From a virus, in IMG/VR virus record IMGVR_UViG_3300005466_000025, positions 38,757 through 102,756 of that record: a stretch of 64,000 bases of DNA; one strand, 5' to 3'. Of this stretch, positions 62,996 to 64,000 are shown piece by piece (position 1 is the first letter of the stretch; each line of letters opens with the position of its first letter). A program made the translations under genes and the position numbers. The notes below the pieces were generated by a model. The model was not told where the DNA came from. It ran no database searches and was given only the letters and a program-made list of their open reading frames with translations.

Positions 62996-63348
62996 AGTGG
63001 AAGACTTGTGCGGCGGAATTCCAACACCGTCGAGGAAGTTCGGGCCACATGAATGCGCTAGACTTGCGAGGAGGCGCAGGAAACGAGCAGAAAAAGTGGG
63101 AGCGGTCGTAAGCTAACGATGGGAAACCGGGAGAAATAGCTGGCCGCGCCTTACCACAAATTCGTCGGTGTGTAACCTCAAGACGCCCTTAGTCTAAGGG
63201 GCATGGTAGAGGGCAGCTAATAATTTAGCCATATGGAGTCATAGTGTCCCTTCTCTACGAAGGTGGTAAGCCCTGAGGTCACGTACAGGCGCTCCATATG
63301 AGACAGATGCAAGTCCACGACAGAATCCCGGCTACGAAACTCTAAATT
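62989..63348 (+). ncRNA. rnpB: RNase P RNA (ribozyme)
   Basis: P1 AATTTAGAGT/ACTCTAAATT; P2 GACTTGT/GCAAGTC; P3; CR-I GAGGAAGTTCGGGC; P4 pairing with CCCGGCT; L15 GGT; CR-IV AGACAGATG; CR-V ACAGAATCCCGGCTA. Confidence 0.88.
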
Positions 63349-63399
63349 AACAAAATATTGACCTACTAAGTTGAAATTTGTGTTATAGTAATCAAACAC

Positions 63400-63470
63400 A
63401 GGCTGTTGGTGTAACAGCAGCATGAACGGCTCCAACCCGTTTGGCGAGGGTGCAAATCCTTCACGGCCTG
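63400..63470 (+). tRNA. tRNA-Trp(CCA)
   Basis: cloverleaf, G73; promoter TGTTATAGT upstream. Confidence 0.85.
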
Positions 63471-63510
63471 CTAGTCCTTGGCCCCCGGACTTTTAAAATA
63501 GGGGCAACAT

Positions 63511-63584
63511 GTTGATGTAGCTCAGCTAGGTAGAGCATTCGGTTGAAGCCCGCAAGGTCACAGGTTCGAGTCCTGTCGTCAACA
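63511..63584 (+). tRNA. tRNA-Phe(GAA)
   Basis: cloverleaf, G37. Confidence 0.9.
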
Positions 63585-63589
63585 CTCTT

Positions 63590-63662
63590 GTTCCATTGGT
63601 CTAACGGTCAGGACGCCGCCCTCTCAAGGCGGAGGCTATGGGTTCGAATCCCATATGGAATA
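63590..63662 (+). tRNA. tRNA-Glu(CUC)
   Basis: cloverleaf. Confidence 0.9.
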
Positions 63663-63671
63663 TGAGGCAAG

Positions 63672-63743
63672 TAGGTTGTGGTGTAATGGTTAGCACACCG
63701 GGGTTTGACCCGGAGGAGCCGCGTTCGAATCGGGTCAGCCGAA
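63672..63743 (+). tRNA. degenerate tRNA (UUG-like, 6-nt anticodon loop)
   Basis: D-arm and T-loop intact; CCGGG-GTTTGA-CCCGG; mismatches in acceptor and T stems. Confidence 0.5.
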
Positions 63744-63809
63744 AGCTTCAACTAAAAGAGTAAATTTCGGGATTTAACTACTCTTTCAAAAAACTTTTAA
63801 ATCCCACTT

Positions 63810-63881
63810 TCCACAGTCGTCTAACGGGTAGGACGCTGGACTCTGAATCCAGTAATCTAGGTTCGAATCCTAGTAGTGGAG
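63810..63881 (+). tRNA. tRNA-Gln(CUG)
   Basis: CTGGA-CTCTGAA-TCCAG. Confidence 0.9.
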
Positions 63882-63907
63882 CTAACAGCCGGATGAATGT
63901 AAGTAAT

Positions 63908-63934
63908 AAGGTCCCTTCGGGGGCCTTTTTTGTT
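63908..63934 (+). terminator. rho-independent terminator ending the tRNA array
   Basis: AAGGTCCC-TTCG-GGGGCCTT + T run. Confidence 0.85.
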
Positions 63935-63967
63935 ATCCTTTTAGTGAGCTACTGAAAGGAGGCAAAC

Positions 63968-64000
63968 ATGGCTGTAGAGCTATCACTAGATAGAAAGGCA
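63968..64000 (+). CDS. start of next gene (truncated by the window edge)
   Basis: GAAAGGAGG RBS + ATG. Confidence 0.5.
   Translation, partial: MAVELSLDRKA

Noticed and set aside
58875-63435. Many 60-150-aa ORFs on both strands across the tRNA array (e.g. 58889-59284, 58962-59411, 62157-62405, 63217-63435)
   Set aside because: They overlap clear tRNAs or the RNase P RNA, lack RBSs and read as translated tRNA sequence.
1-64000. Stop-codon reassignment
   Set aside because: Conserved genes (DnaE, RNR, TerL, portal, RecA) are full length in the standard code, and all three stop codons end genes.
1-64000. Prophage or host chromosome boundary
   Set aside because: No integrase, att-like duplication with host genes, or rRNA; gene density and content are phage-like throughout.

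Overview
A 64-kb segment of a large tailed dsDNA bacteriophage genome. No host housekeeping genes and no integrase are visible. The host is probably actinobacterial (inference from short-arm tRNA-Leu UAA/CAA, many leaderless genes and an NlpC/P60 lysin). Layout: (1) 1-13.5 kb (+): small early genes and a GNAT / three-amidoligase / deaminase / class II glutamine amidotransferase / ATP-grasp cluster. (2) 15.7-38.6 kb (-): a late operon with terminases, portal, virion accessory proteins (including a 973-aa Ser/Thr repeat protein), lysis genes and a glycosyl-/methyl-/cytidylyl-transferase island. No capsid or tape-measure gene lies in the window. (3) An AT-rich divergent promoter/origin region at ~38.6-38.9 kb. 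(4) 38.9-54.9 kb (+): replication and nucleotide genes (DnaB-like helicase, GuaB/GMPR, ThyX, class II RNR, primase, SSB, DnaE, RecA, nucleases) and a tmRNA. (5) 54.9-63.9 kb: about 35 tRNA or tRNA-like genes covering all 20 amino acids, interrupted by a dual-coded cytosine methyltransferase. The most striking signal is in the tRNA array. It contains an apparently complete phage-encoded RNase P RNA, and most spacers between tRNAs hold a compact structured RNA: two covarying copies of an HDV-like nested pseudoknot, three H-type pseudoknots, a permuted tRNA-elbow mimic and rearranged D-armless tRNA-like RNAs. This suggests a tRNA-punctuated small-RNA cassette with its own processing ribozyme. All RNA structures were paired by eye and no database searches were run.
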